A DNA stretch of 63,579 nt, filler included, from Olpidium bornovanus S191 (GCA_017911155.1; 29 parts of 29 records of this genome joined end to end with filler, not necessarily neighbours in it), one strand, 5' to 3'; positions 27,562-40,451 are shown, counted from the first letter of the whole stretch. The notes: generated from the sequence alone by a model not told the origin. Numbers and translations: made by a program.

Positions 27562-28057
27562 GCCGGGCGCCGGCGCGCGTGCGCGGCTGTCGGGGGATCT
27601 CGTCCGACGCAGGCGCGGCCGGGGTTTTTCGCCGCTAGCCCGGCGCCGCGACGAAAGTCGGCGGGGGGAGGTCGAAAACGGATCCTGTCTTTTGCGCGCG
27701 TGCGGGCTGGCGGGCGGGCGGGGCGTGCTTGCGTGTGTTTGGGAGAAGGGGCGGGGAAGGGGACGGCGGGGGACGGCGGGGGACGGGCGGGGGACGGGCG
27801 GGCGGGGGAATTGTGCCCCGGCAGGGGAAAAGGACGGACGGACGGACGGAGGAGGGGAAACCCGGAAGGCAAAAATTTTCTTAGCAGATTTGTCTTTTTT
27901 TTAAAGGAGCAGGCGGAGAGAGAGAGAAAAAACCGCTCGCGGCCGCGCATCCCCCCCCTCCCCCCCCCATCCCGCCCCGCTCTCGCGCGCGCGCGCGCAG
28001 AAAAAGTCCGCGCGGGGGAAAAAGAAGGGAAAGGACCCCCGCCCGCCCGCCCGCCCG

Positions 28058-28116
<59 letters not shown>

Positions 28117-28217
28117 NNNNNNNNNNNNNNNNNNNNNNNNNNNNNNNNNNNNNNNNNNNNTTAATTAATTAANNNNNNNNNNNNNNNNNNNNNNNNNNNN
28201 NNNNNNNNNNNNNNNNC

Positions 28218-28805
28218 ATGGTCTCGCACGAAGAGGCTGTGGAAATTCCACCGCGCCATCTGGACCTTCCTGAATCCCCGAGCGGCAGCACAGAGCTCGT
28301 TCCGCAGCAACATCTGGGCCTGCCTGAATCCCCGATCAGCAGCACAGAGCTCGCCGCCGCCCGTGTCCGGCACGTTCCGCTCGGACGACAGCAACCCCCC
28401 GAATATCTCGAAGTTCTACGAACGACGCCGTTCGCGAATTCCTGGCTTCCGCGGCAGACGAACTGTCCCGGGGCCGCCCACGAGGATTTTGATGCGCAAA
28501 TCTCGGCCGTTGACGTCGCCGGTTGGCTGGATCGTCTCCGGTCGCTGGACACGGCGATATCCAACATACATCTGTACGACGATGAGCCCTTACTTGAACA
28601 CGGCAAGGAACTGAGGGATTTACATAATTTATTGGACATGCACGTGAAACATCGTCGGATACCGGACCGTGAAAACGCGCTTTATTTTCATGCTCGGGGC
28701 CCGGTCCCGGAACGTGCTTTCCTTCTTCAACAAAAACTTATCAGGGATGCTGCCGATGCGGCAGAGCGCGGGTACTCTCGAGGATTAGTGTTGTCTGGAC
28801 CGTGA
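28218..28805 (+). CDS. Hypothetical protein (5' may be truncated) with an 18-aa internal repeat
   Basis: 195-codon ORF of normal composition; HLDLPESPSGSTEL and HLGLPESPISSTEL at 54-bp period; no family recognised. Confidence 0.4.
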   Translation: MVSHEEAVEIPPRHLDLPESPSGSTELVPQQHLGLPESPISSTELAAARVRHVPLGRQQPPEYLEVLRTTPFANSWLPRQTNCPGAAHEDFDAQISAVDVAGWLDRLRSLDTAISNIHLYDDEPLLEHGKELRDLHNLLDMHVKHRRIPDRENALYFHARGPVPERAFLLQQKLIRDAADAAERGYSRGLVLSGP

Positions 28806-30310
28806 GAATATCTCTTGGCCTCAGAACTTTGAGATTAGAATTGCAGCTGCAATGTACTTTTACTGCCCAAAAAACTAAAGAATATACACAGCCACTGTAC
28901 CAGTTTCGACGCCTCGGAATGAGTCTGAAAATTTTGCGTATTCCTGTAACGGATTTAACGACGGAGTTTTCGAATACGGGGCGCGTGAGGGGGGGGGTCT
29001 TAGCTCGGCGAAATTCAGCCGTCGGGTTTTTGCGCTGCCGGAAGCAGATGGTTTGAAGCGGGTTGGGGGATAAGTGGTGGCCGTTGACGGGCGGAGACCT
29101 CTTCGACGGTCATGTTTCTTCGCCGTCGAAACGCACCAGCGCCTTCCGCCAAACAAAAGTTTGCGCGCCGGGGTGCCCGATTAACAGGTCTCTCTCTGGC
29201 GGAAAAACCAGGGTGTCGCAAAGGAAGGGGGGGGAGACTGCAGGCCCTTTCTGGCAGAAATCCAGAGGGCCGGCCATCACTTGCGTACGACTCGTCCATA
29301 TCAACGAACAACTGTCGTCCCAAAAGCTCAAGCGCGTTCCCCTCCGCTGGCAACTGGCCGAGGTCCTCGCCCTCCGAAACCTATCTTTGACGCCGCGGAA
29401 TGGAATTTTCCTTTTGGAATGGAATGGAATGGAACACATTTTTTTTTTGTCCGTTGTGTAAACGGCGTGTTTTTTTTAGCAATTAAGGTCCCCGACTTTT
29501 TTTTTTGTTTTTTTTTTTATAACAGCACATGATACTGCGGGGGAATGGGGAAGGGGGGGGGGGGGGGGGGGGGGGGTAGGTTGGGCTGGTCCGGGGGGGC
29601 GGGAACGGCTAAAATTTTTTTTTCCCGTTTTTTTTTTTTTTTTTTTCCCTTGGACTTTTGCTTGTTACGGGTGAACAACAACGGCAGCAATAAAAACGGC
29701 TAGTTGTTGTTTCGGGTTTCTTTGTCCGCGTCCGATCCACCGCGCGCGAGAAGGCCGCGCGGTAGCGTCCGTGTGCCCCCACCCCCCCCCCCCCCCCCCG
29801 GCCCCCCCCCCCCCCCCCCCCCCTCCGGGCTCCTCCGGCTGGCCGTCGACGTGAACGCCACCGCGCCCTCGAGGACGGGAGAGTCGCGCTGTAGCGCGCG
29901 GACGAAGGCGGCGGCTGCGGCGGCGGCGGCGAGAACCGCGGGAAGAAAGCAGGCGGAAGCCCGAGAATTTTGGGGGCTGCGCCGGGCTTCGGCCGGACTC
30001 GGGCCAGGCGGAGTGCAAACGCGCGGGGGCGCGCGCGGGCGAGCAAGCGTGGAGGAGCGGGAGAGAGTAGAGCGGAAATGCGAAAGCGGGGCGGATTATT
30101 AGGGGCGGGAGGGGGAGAGTGCGAGAAGAGCGTTTGCGCGCGGTGCGTTTTCGCTGTTGCGCGTTCTCTGGAAGGAAAATCGTGGAGGACGGGACGGGGT
30201 GGGGGAAGCCCGGAACGCGAAGGCGCGCGTGCGGCGCGCGTGCGGCGCCCGAAAAGGGTCAAAAATTTGTTTTTTTTTTTTTTTTTTTTTTCGGGTTGGT
30301 TTTTTTTTTT

Positions 30311-30345
<35 letters not shown>

Positions 30346-30865
30346 GGTTTTCCTCTTTTTTCGTTTCGGCCTCTTTCAAGAACGCCTTTGCTTTTTCTTC
30401 CAGCTCTGGTGGAACCGCAGCAGCTTCGTCTCCGGCGACCCAGTCGCGGCAGAAGAGCCGCATTTGCTGCCGGCCTCCCCACAGCTCGCTGTGTTCATCG
30501 TCGCCGCCGTCATCGTTGCCACTGACAACGCTCGCCGTGATCAAAGCCGCCGCCGGCCCTGCGCTTCCGCCGACGCCGTCGTCGAGAACCAAGCCGGCCC
30601 GTCCGAAGCGCCGCCCGCGGCGTCGCCCGGCGCGCCCCCGGCACGGAAGCTGCGCGTGGTCCAGGCACAGCTTAAACCAGCTTGCCGCCCCGGGCCCGAA
30701 ACGCGTCCCGGCCCGCGGGAACGGGGCGCGCGCGCCGGCTGCCGCCCGGCGCCGCCCGCGGGGCGNNNNNNNNNNNNNNNNNNNNNNNNNNNNNNNNNNN
30801 NNNNNNNNNTTAATTAATTAANNNNNNNNNNNNNNNNNNNNNNNNNNNNNNNNNNNNNNNNNNNN

Positions 30866-31845
30866 CATGACATCGAATTTCAAGGATGCCTCGATCGCGA
30901 AGGGTATCGATGATGAATGTTTTCAGCGTTCTCAGGTCGTTTGGAAGTTCTTTCTCTATTTGAAGAAGTTCCTCCTCGGCTTCCTGCTCACCAAAAGGAA
31001 GTCCCCGTGTTGGCAGCCGGACCTCTGGAGCAAAATTCGCCGCGGAAACGAGTTTGCACATCTTACAGCGCTATGTTCCCTGTGCAGCTTGTATCCCGCC
31101 ATGCGCTCTGGTGCCGTTGTTCGCGAGGGTAAGCGGGCCGCGTTCCAACGAAACCAGCAAACTTCTAAAAGAGCCAGTCGCGGCAGGAGCCCGGGTTCGT
31201 ACGACCAAGGCTTTCCCACTTTATGTTTTTGTTTTTTCGTATTTTCCGAGCATACCGCTGAGCAGGGCCTCCATTTTTGGCGTCTTGGCGTACCTGATTG
31301 GGACGTGCCCGTCCAGGTTCGCCAAGAACGGATCGGCGCCTGCAGACAGGAGGAGGTTTGCGACCGCGCAGTTTCCGGTGGCAGCCGCTATGTGCAGCGG
31401 CGTGTTCTTTGACGCGTTGCGGACGTGGACGTCGGAATTGAACTGGGCGGACCACGAGGGAGGGGACCAAAGGCGAAAAGTGGATACCCGGATCCGGCAC
31501 ACGATGCAACAGTGAATCGTAAGACGATCGCAGGGGGGGGGGAGGCGAGGAAGATTTTCATATACACGTCTTCAGTCTCCCCCTCCCACCTCCTTTCTTT
31601 CCCCCACACCCCCCCTTCCTCCGCCCCTCTTCTACCTGGCGCAACAGGATTTCCACCACGGACAGTCTCGCCGGGTCCGCATCCTCGCCGCACGCCTCGA
31701 CCGCGACGTGAAGCGGGGTAGAGCCTGACGGGTTCCAGACGTTGGGGTTGAAGGGCTCGCCTGCCCTCGTGGACAGGAAAGTTTCCAGCGACTGCGCCGA
31801 GTTCAAGGCAGTGAAGACCTCAGCGGAGTCGTCCATTTCCGGCAA
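30866..31845 (-). CDS. Ankyrin-repeat protein, 5' part
   Basis: NPSGSTPLHVAVEACG...VVEILLRQ and NASKNTPLHIAAATGNCAVANLLLSAGADPFLANLDGHVPIRYA, separated by an intron. Confidence 0.88.
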
Positions 31846-31892
31846 CTCCTTTCGCAGCGGGAGACAGCGAGCAGAACGGTCTTTCTGTCTCT

Positions 31893-31945
<53 letters not shown>

Positions 31946-31961
31946 CCCCCGGGGGGGGGGG

Positions 31962-32001
<40 letters not shown>

Positions 32002-32439
32002 GCGGGGGTGGGGGGGGNNNNNNNNNNNNNNNNNNNNNNNNNNNNNNNNNNNNNNNNNNNNTTAATTAATTAANNNNNNNNNNNNNNNNNNNNNNNNNNN
32101 NNNNNNNNNNNNNNNNNCATGATTATACGGGATTATTGTGAAACGACTTTTTCCTTTTTTTTCTCTGCTTTTTTCGGAATTCTTTGAGTAAGTCGGGGGC
32201 GCTGATGTTTTCTACTGGCTTTTCACAAGCCCTCTCGCCTGCTGTATTCTTTCAAGCAAACAAGATATTTTTGTCTCAAAGGTTGGGAGATTATTGCGTT
32301 TTGAAGCTTTGCGGAGGATTGATAGGGGGGGGGCGGAGGGGGGCGGCTTCGAAGAAGGAAGGGTCTTCGGAGAGTCACAGAAATGCAGAAAACCCAATCT
32401 ACTCTCAAGACCCCCCTTCGACCAAACTTCCATAAAAAA

Positions 32440-33080
32440 AAAAGGCAAGGAGAGCGCAGACGTTGGAGATGATGGCGCAACAATCCAAGATGTGGCTGCG
32501 CCCGCGAGGAAAATAGCGGATACCGTTCGAGAGTACCGATCGGCGGCGCCAGCCCAATCAGAATCGGCTTGCAACTGGGTGGCGGACTACGAGTTACGCC
32601 GGATGCCGGATGCCGGATGCCTTCTTCAAACCGGCCCAATGCGATCCGGCGGGACAGAACATAACACCGAAATGTGGCAGTCGTAACGTCTGGCCTCGTG
32701 CACACGGACAGGAATAAAATGTAACCGACCGCTTGTTGATAACGGCAAGATTTCATCGGCAGGACGCGGTGGTCCACACGCGGGGAGAAACGCACGTTTT
32801 GGAATCGAGGGGCGTCGCGGAAGAATGAGCGTCTTGTAACCCGGATGAACCAAGAAACACGCTCTGTGTAGTGTTGTTGATCGAGGAGGGGTTTCCGAAA
32901 GGTCGGAAGGGCGCGTAACGCGGACGCCAAATAATGCGATGTTAGGTCCCGTGGCCGGGTTCCACTTTGAAATGCGCGTTCGGTTGGGTTTCGGTCCTGC
33001 GGAGACCCGCATTTTGGTCTCCGCAGTCCATATGACGTCATCGACGTAGAGTGCGAGGATTCCTTCGAGAGCGAGGTCCT
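32440..33080 (-). mobile_element. Highly degenerate Ty1/copia RT-RNase H remnant
   Basis: ILALYVDDVIW; YQQAVGYILFLSVCTRPDV; ADSDWAG...RYSRTVSAIFLAGAATSW in three frames. Confidence 0.85.
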
Positions 33081-33438
33081 CGGTTGGACCGCACAATCTG
33101 TTCGGTTACTTCGTCAAGGCGGGAAGTGCTGGCCAATAAGCGATGCACTGCAACCATATGAACGTGCACATAAGACCTGCAAACTTGTCAGAATGGCCCT
33201 GGCCTGCGGCACTTGCTCATGCAACGGCGCACCGTTGGGTCAAGGATATTATGGTCCTTATTGATATGATCTCGTTTATTTTCTATTCAGCCGTACAAGC
33301 TGTTGAAGAGCAAAACTACATTGAAACTGGCCGAAGGCNNNNNNNNNNNNNNNNNNNNNNNNNNNNNNNNNNNNNNNNNNNNTTAATTAATTAANNNNNN
33401 NNNNNNNNNNNNNNNNNNNNNNNNNNNNNNNNNNNNNN

Positions 33439-33610
33439 AGGAGAGTCAGCTTTGCTTACGTCCCGCTGAGGGCGTCCGTGCGGGAATTATACGGAAGTGT
33501 GCCAAGGATATCCGAATTATATGGGATATGGACAATTGACATAGCCGTCTTCGTTCATGCGTACAGCGGTTAGCACCATTATGCGACGCCGCCTGCAAAC
33601 ACTCCCCCGT
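33439..33610 (-). mobile_element. Copia polypurine tract and start of the 3' LTR
   Basis: Minus strand CACGGGGGAG|TGTTTGCAGG about 130 bp after the RNase H domain; LTR end not reached before the contig edge. Confidence 0.55.
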
Positions 33611-33739
33611 GACGTGGCCACCAACGAGCCGGTGCGACGCGTCGCCCGTTCTGCCGCGCCGCAGCTGCGCCCGCCCCTCGAGGTCCGCTCCCGTCATCCG
33701 TTGTTCTCCGCGATCGCGCCGTCTTCCTGTAGAAGCAGG

Positions 33740-34200
33740 ACCATGGCGCGCCGGTGAATTTCGTGCTGTTCACGGGGCAACGCCGTCGTCAGCGCGTCGG
33801 CCGTCATCTCTTCGGACGCGACCACTTCCAGGCGCACCTCCCCGCGTTCAATTTGCTCCCGTAGAAAGTGATGCCGCACCTCTATGTGCCTGCATCGCGA
33901 GTGGTTCTTGGGATTTTCGGCCGTCGCCTTGGCCCCCAGGTTGTCGACGCGGATCGTCACAACGTCCAGTCCGCCCTCCGCACCCAACTCAACCAACAGG
34001 CGTCTGAGCCACATCCCTTCTTTTGCGGCTTTGGTGAACGTCACATACTCGGCGTCGCATGTAGAAGCTGCAACAACTTCCTGACGCTTACTCCGCCCGC
34101 TGATGGCCCCCCCGGCGACGGAGTTGACGCATCCGCCGATAAACCTCCGCGTCTCTCGGCACTCTGCGTAGTCCGCATAGCTGTAGCCAATCAGCCGACC
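33740..34200 (-). mobile_element. Ty1/copia RNase H domain
   Basis: GYSYADYA...GAISGRSKRQEVVAASTCDAEY...KEGMWLRRLLVELG...IRVDNLGA...NHSRCRHIEVRHHFLREQI...MTADALT. Confidence 0.95.
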
Positions 34201-34242
34201 TCTCCCGTCATATACCGTAGACGGGGTCAAGGTCCTTGCTGG

Positions 34243-35600
34243 CACTTCAGGACGCGTAACGCCAACGTCCGCCCCGCTTGTCTCGTCCGCCTCGTTTACC
34301 TCTTCCACTTCAAAAGCTTTTCTGTGCGCTCCTGATCTCACTAGTGCGACTCGTCCTAGCGCGTCGAACCCTCCTCTCTCCGTCGTCTGCGTTCGCCCAA
34401 ATCTCAGTGAAGGTTCTTGTTTTTATCCTCATCGCTAACCCTTACGTTCTTGTTTGCGAGAAGTTCGACACGTACGATATGTTCGAGAGTTCACCGCGGA
34501 GAGAGATTTTGAGGGGTGGTGGGGAATTTTGACACGTCCGGCAGGAAGCGAGTTGAGAGGCGGGGGGGGAAAGAAGGGGGGGGATTCCGCCCAGCAACGA
34601 CGATCCTTTACTTTGGAATTTTTTTGCGTGGGGTTTTGCGTTTGATCGAGGAGTTTTGGACCTTTTTTTTTGCCCGTTGCCTGCCGCTTCCGCGCAGCGT
34701 TTCGCCTTTCAACCGCGCTCATTTCTACCACGTCCATTCGACATGACGTACATACCGTCGCCGTTGATAAAACCCGACTTCCTGCCCCAACGCTCTCTTC
34801 GCTACGCCATTGTTGATCCTCGCGCCACGCTGCTCGTCTTTGCCGCCGCGCCGAAAACCTCGGCACAGATCCAGAGGGAGATTTCTTCAACTATGCCATT
34901 CATCACATCTCTAATCATACGCCCGGGAAACACAATATTAAGTACCACGTTTGATGGGAGGGCTGTGATGCCTCCCACAATTTGTGAATTCCAGGATCGT
35001 TTTTTACAACACGATATTCCGCGTAAATATTTAGCTAACATCTGCCGTCGAGATCCCACCATGTTGTTCCCCATGCATACTTCAGGACGCGTAAGGCCAA
35101 CGTCTGCCCCGTTTGTCTCGTCCGCCTCGTTTACCCTCGTCCACTTCAAAGCTTCTCTCTCCGCTCCTTATCTCACTAGTGCAACTCGTTCTAGCGCGTT
35201 GATCCCTCCTTCCTCCGTCGTCTGTGTTCGCCCGTATTTCGTTCTTATCCTCATCGCCAACCCTTCCGCTCTTGTCTCTTCGCAAGGAGTTTTAAACGTA
35301 CGATATGTTCTAGGATGCACCGCGGAGAGAGATTTTGAGGAGAGGGGGGGGGAGGGGAGGGGAAGGGGAATCCGACACGTTCAGCAGGTAACAAGTCGGG
35401 GGGGGGGGGGGGGGGGGGATTCTGCCCTAGCAACGACGGTCCTTTACGCTGGAATTTTATGCTTGAGGTTTTGCTTTTGATCGAGGAGTTTTGGAATTCT
35501 TCCGCCCGTTGCCCGTCGCTTCCGCCCATCCCCTCTTATCCCCACAAGCGCGCTTCGCCTTTCTTGCTCATTTTTCCCACGCCCATTCGACAGGATGCAT
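34243..35600. repeat. Diverged tandem duplication with a period of about 835 bp
   Basis: CTTCAGGACGCGTAA(C/G)GCCAACGTC...CACCGCGGAGAGAGATTTTGAGG...TTGATCGAGGAGTTTTGGA present from about 34243 and again from about 35078, with many substitutions. Confidence 0.85.
34865..34997 (+). pseudogene. Chromodomain remnant (chromovirus integrase type), copy 1
   Basis: TDPEGDFFNYAIHHISNHTPGKHNIKYHV*WEGCDASHNL*IPG matches the pattern Y.V..I..HR...YLVKW.GY...NTWEP, with two in-frame TGA. Confidence 0.65.
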
Positions 35601-36233
35601 ATACCGTCACCGATGATATAACCCAACTTCCTGCTCCAACTATACATTTTATTGCCTTACTTTTTTGATTAAAGCGAGATATTACTTACACTATACCGCC
35701 CTCTTCGCTCCGCCGTTGTCGATCCTCGCGTCGCGCTGCCCGTCTTTGCCGCCGCTGCCGCCAGGAAAAATCGCGCCTCGCCCCTCTCCCAGAGGGGAGG
35801 GGACGTGATCCCAGAGGAGGGATTGTTGGTCTCTTCTTAGTCCGCACTCCCCATCAAACCTGTACCTTACCGTGTTGCGACCAAACAAATAATCAAAACA
35901 AACAAACCGCATTTGGCTTCCGTGCGATTGCTGCGCCTCCGATACGGCGTCGGCGCGGTCCTTGGGGCGGGGCGGGGGATTGAAGGGTTCGTCGAAGGGG
36001 TGTAAGGAGCACGCGGGGTCTGTGAAATAGTCCGACGAAGCCCTCGTCAGAGGAGGCAAATTGAGGCACGTAAAAAGGAGACTTCGTGAATTCGAACGGA
36101 GAACGGACTTGTCCCGCCGTGCCACCACCATAAACGCGCAGTCCCTCGCAGCAAAGGGCACTAGCCATCCACCCCCCGCCTGCGACCCTCAGAGGTTGGT
36201 TAATTCCTCGACACCGCGCCGACAAACGTTGCC

Positions 36234-36366
36234 GCAGATCTTGAGGGAGATCTCCGCAAGTATGCGATTGATCACATAATCAATCTAACGCCAGGGGAAC
36301 GCAATATTAAGTACCATGTTTAAATGGGAGGGCTGTGATGCCTCCCATGACTTGTGAATTCCAGCA
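36234..36366 (+). pseudogene. Chromodomain remnant, copy 2
   Basis: ADLEGDLRKYAIDHIINLTPGERNIKYHV, frameshift, KWEGCDASHDL*IPA; nucleotide paralog of 34865-34997. Confidence 0.65.
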
Positions 36367-36949
36367 TCGTCTTTGACAACTAACGATATTCTAGGTAAAT
36401 ATTTAGTTCTGCCGTCGACTCCCATGCATATTGATAGTTCGCGCACCTCGAACCTGTGCAACCGAAATAAATGCCGTCTGCAGTGTGCATGACATTCCAC
36501 ATTATACGGTTACCCCAATTTTGCCAATAAATGTTACCCAGCTGCCGAGCACAACCGATGGGCGAAAGATTCCACAAACTGAGTCTGTCTGCCAATAACC
36601 AGCACCGTCTTCCGTCAAGCCGTCCTGAAACCAGCTCCATCGACGGTTGCAGTCATGGGAACCAGCCTACCATGTTGTTTGATCCCAACTAGCAGCACGG
36701 GTGGTGTCTGTTGGTTTCAATCAGCCCATGGGCCCGCTTAACTGACTGCTCCTTTACATCTCTTTGCTCGATCCCGGTGCCCTGGTACCACCAGTCGCAT
36801 CATAAGGCATCTTGCTACGTCGATGACCGGAGTCTCGAAAGAGGAACACGTACACGGTTTGAGCTTGTTGTTTTTGGTGATGATTGTTGCCAATAGGTCG
36901 GGAAAACCGTTTCGTCCAACATTTTCCCCTTACTGCATCAAACTGCGGT

Positions 36950-37200
36950 CGTGCTTACGCTGCTTGCCAGCAATGGCGTTACTCATCGATACCGATTGCC
37001 GTGGTTCGCCAACGCCCTTTGCCGCCGTGACCGCATTGACAAAAGGGAGCTTCGCGGCGATGTTTGAAAATGGCAGGACTCTTATCGGGGAGGAGCGTCT
37101 GGAAATCAAAATTCCTTTTACCGTCATCAAGACGCGCCCTCCAGAGCTGGTCGTCGACCGCGGAAACTACAACCATCTACTTGGCATACGGGCTCCTGAT
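36950..37200 (+). pseudogene. Retropepsin-like protease remnant
   Basis: ALLIDTDC resembles LIDTG with Gly changed to Asp; downstream NYNHLLGI resembles the conserved ILG motif. Confidence 0.4.
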
Positions 37201-37242
37201 TGCCGGAAAGTTTGGTCGCAAGGGTTGCAAATCTGCAAAAGA

Positions 37243-37570
37243 CTGAAGAAAATCCTGCTTCAATTATGGGAATCGGTAACAAAAAACCGCGAGGCTGCGG
37301 TTGTGCAACCGCCAAACACTTTGTGACGAACCAGAAAGAATTCTCTCCCCTGCCGTGATGTAGTTGACGGTCTCTTCCCTGGATCTGCGGGGGGTATGAC
37401 GTATTTCTCATTTCGACATTACTGTAACTTCATTTTAGTAGACCATTCGAACGGCCTGAAGGAAATCCTGCTTCAATTATGGGAATCGATAACAAAAAAC
37501 CGCGGGGCTGCGGTTGTGCAACCGCCAAACACTTTGTGACGAACCAGAAAGAATTCTCTCCCCTGCCATG
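37243..37570. repeat. 115-bp near-identical direct repeat (period 213 bp)
   Basis: CTGAAG(A/G)AAATCCTGCTTCAATTATGGGAATCG...GAATTCTCTCCCCTGCC at 37243-37357 and 37456-37570. Confidence 0.92.
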
Positions 37571-38168
37571 NNNNNNNNNNNNNNNNNNNNNNNNNNNNNN
37601 NNNNNNNNNNNNNNTTAATTAATTAANNNNNNNNNNNNNNNNNNNNNNNNNNNNNNNNNNNNNNNNNNNNCATGGTTCCGCGGTTTCTGTTGAAAAGGAA
37701 AAGGGAACTTGGTTTTGCCAACTCTGGATACTCTCAACTTTGTTAAAAAAAAGGAAAAGAAAAAAAGAAAAAGTCGCATTTTGCGCGCGGGCAGTGTGGG
37801 GGAGTGGGCCCACCGTCGGTCACCCTCCCAACGCCCCCGCGGGGAGCGACACCCCGCGGCAAACGGCTCTGCGCTTCACCCGCACGCCCCGTTGCCCGGC
37901 TCAGGGGAAAGCGCCCGAGAGGCAGGCGCCCGCCGCTGCTGCTTGCCTCGGGAAAGAAAAAAAAAAGGCTGGCAGATATGGGCGCGCTCGTACGCTCAAT
38001 GATGTCCGTGTCGACGTGTCTCCTCTCCCCGTGATCCACGGGACGCGCGTTACGAGACCTGCCTCTCGGCGACCGGGAGGGAGGTAGGCCGTTCCTCGTC
38101 TGACATTCACGCGCTCCTCCTCCGCCGTCGCAACTCCACCTTTCAGCACCAGGCCCAAAACGTACGCG

Positions 38169-39786
38169 ATGTCAATAGTGCGTTCGTGGCTCGAACTTAT
38201 CTTGGATACCGGCTATGTTCCCGACTTTATCCTCCGTCGTGGCATCCGTTACCTGAACCGCAAGCGTCTCGCCGAGCTCGACTACCGCCGCGACCTTACC
38301 GCCGCCCAAGAGAAAAAGATGGTGTACATAGAAGGCCTCAAAAAGCGGCCGATCGCCGAGCACACCGAAAAGGCTAACGAGCAGCACTACGAGGTAAGGC
38401 TCTTTTCCCTTGCCCATCTCGGTTTTTTGCGCTCGCCGGAAAAAGAAAAAGTGCGCCCTTTTCTTTTTTTTTCTTTTTTTTTTCTTTTTCTTTTTTTTTT
38501 CTTTTTCTTTTTTTTTTTGTTTTTTTTCTTTCCTCTTTGACCCTTTGTTATCTTCGAACGCGACAGGTCGCCACAGGATTTTTTCACCTCCACCTCGGTG
38601 CGCGCATGAAGTACTCGAGCTGCCTTTACCCGGAAGGTTTGGCCACCGGTGAACTCAACAAGGCCGAGGACCATATGCTCGAGCTTTACACCGTTCGGGC
38701 CCAACTCGAGGATGGCATGGACATCCTCGATCTCGGCTGCGGTTGGGGCAGCCTGTGCTTGTATTTGTGCGAGGCGCGTTTTCGACGGGGGGGGGGGATC
38801 TCACTTGCTCGTTTGGCGTGCCGGCGCGCGCGGCACGGACGCGAAATGTCGGTTTGTTCACGGCGTCGTCTTTTTTTTGTTTCCTTCGCGTGCGAATAGA
38901 AATACCCGAATTGCAAAATTTCTGCCCTCTCCAACTCGAACGGGCAGCGGGAGTACATCGAAGGTGTCGCGAAAGCCAAGGGTTTCAAGAATCTCACCGT
39001 GTACACCGGCGACGTAAAAGATTTTCAGTTTGAGAAACAGGGCCGGTCGGTGTTGCCTTTCTGTTTTTTTTTTCTGCAGGGAAAAGCGCGATTCAGAATT
39101 TGTAATCTGACCGTTGTGAGAGGGGGGGGGGGGGGGGGAATTCGTTCTTTCTTTCGGGCGTTTTGAAAGGTTCGACCGCGTCCTTAGCATCGAAATGTTT
39201 GAACACATGAAGAACTACGAATTCCTTCTCGCGAAAATCGCTGGTTGGCTCAAGCCCGGCGGCATGCTCTTTGTGCACATCTTTGTCCACCGGCAGCAAC
39301 CCGTAAGCGCACACTTTCGGGCGGCCTTACGCGTGGACCGCGCCCCCCTGCTCTCTTTCTCACTGCCTTCCACTCCTCCCCCCCACCACCCCCCGTAAAA
39401 CAAAAAAAAAAAAAATCCAGTACGATTTCGTCGCAGACGAAAGCTGGATGGCAAAGCACTTTTTTACCGGCGGGACGATGCCGGCGTTCGACACGCTCTC
39501 GTACTTCCAGCGCGACCTCTGGCTTCGAAAGGCCTGGTACGTGTCGGGCGAAAACTACGGCAAAACCTCGGAGGCGTGGCTCGCGCGGCTCGACGCCGCG
39601 AGGGACGGAGCCCTGCGCTTTCTCGAAGCCACCTACGGGGGGCCCGAGCAGGCCGAAATCTGGTTCCGCCGCTGGCGCATTTTTTATCTCGCCGTCGCCG
39701 AGCTGTTTTCCCACAACCGCGGGCAAGAGTGGGGGGTCGGGCATTACTTGTTTGAGAAGAAGGCCGCGGTGGCAAACGCCGCCTAG
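38169..39786 (+). CDS. SAM-dependent methyltransferase, CFA-synthase / coclaurine N-methyltransferase-like family, complete, 5 exons
   Basis: KANEQHYE|V; HLGARMKYSSCLY; ILDLGCGWGSLCLY; ALSNSNGQREYI; FDRVLSIEMFEHMKNY; LFVHIFVH; WMAKHFFTGGTMP; WFRRWRIFYLAVAELF...GQEWGVGHYLFEK. Confidence 0.93.
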
Positions 39787-40341
39787 AACCTCTCCCCCTT
39801 TTCCCCTCTTCACCCTTCCCTCTCTCTCTCCAAATTTAACGGCCGCCAAGGCCTCTTTCTAGCAAGGGTAATGGAAGTCCGAAGTGTGTGCAAACAGGCG
39901 GACCGGTCCCCAATCCTTTGCGCGGGCGGACCAACTGGGAGACGGGGCCGCAAGGCCCGCCAAAGATCGGTGAGAAAAAAAAAACAAACCTGAACTTCAC
40001 CGTTTTGGCTAAGCGCGGGAAGGCACGTACCGCGCACCCGGAGAGCAATTTCTCTTTCTCGGGGCTTTTCCGGTCACACGCGAACTTTTAGAAACCAAAA
40101 CCCGAATTTTATTTTTTTTTATTTTATTTTTTTTTGGAGGGGATTTTGTACCCGTCCTCCCTCCGGGCGGCGTAAAAAACCTGCGTTGCACCCGTTATGA
40201 ACCTGCTCCTCGAGGTTATGTCGGGACCAGACGCCCGGAATGCCGCCGGAAAGTTACACGGTCAATTCGCACTGCGACACCTTTATAGATGTCGGCGCCG
40301 CCGCGAAAGCGAAGCTGTTCGGGGATACATCACCGTGAATT

Positions 40342-40451
40342 CACACACACACACACACACACACAGAAATCGTTATATACACACACACACACACACACAC
40401 ACTCACACACACACACACTCACACACACACACACACACTCACACACACACA
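40342..40451. repeat. Imperfect (CA)n microsatellite
   Basis: About 110 bp of interrupted CA repeats. Confidence 0.95.

Noticed and set aside
29396-29433. (GGAAT)n resembling human satellite II/III
   Set aside because: Only about six interrupted units in fungal-looking flanks; too short to indicate a satellite or contamination.
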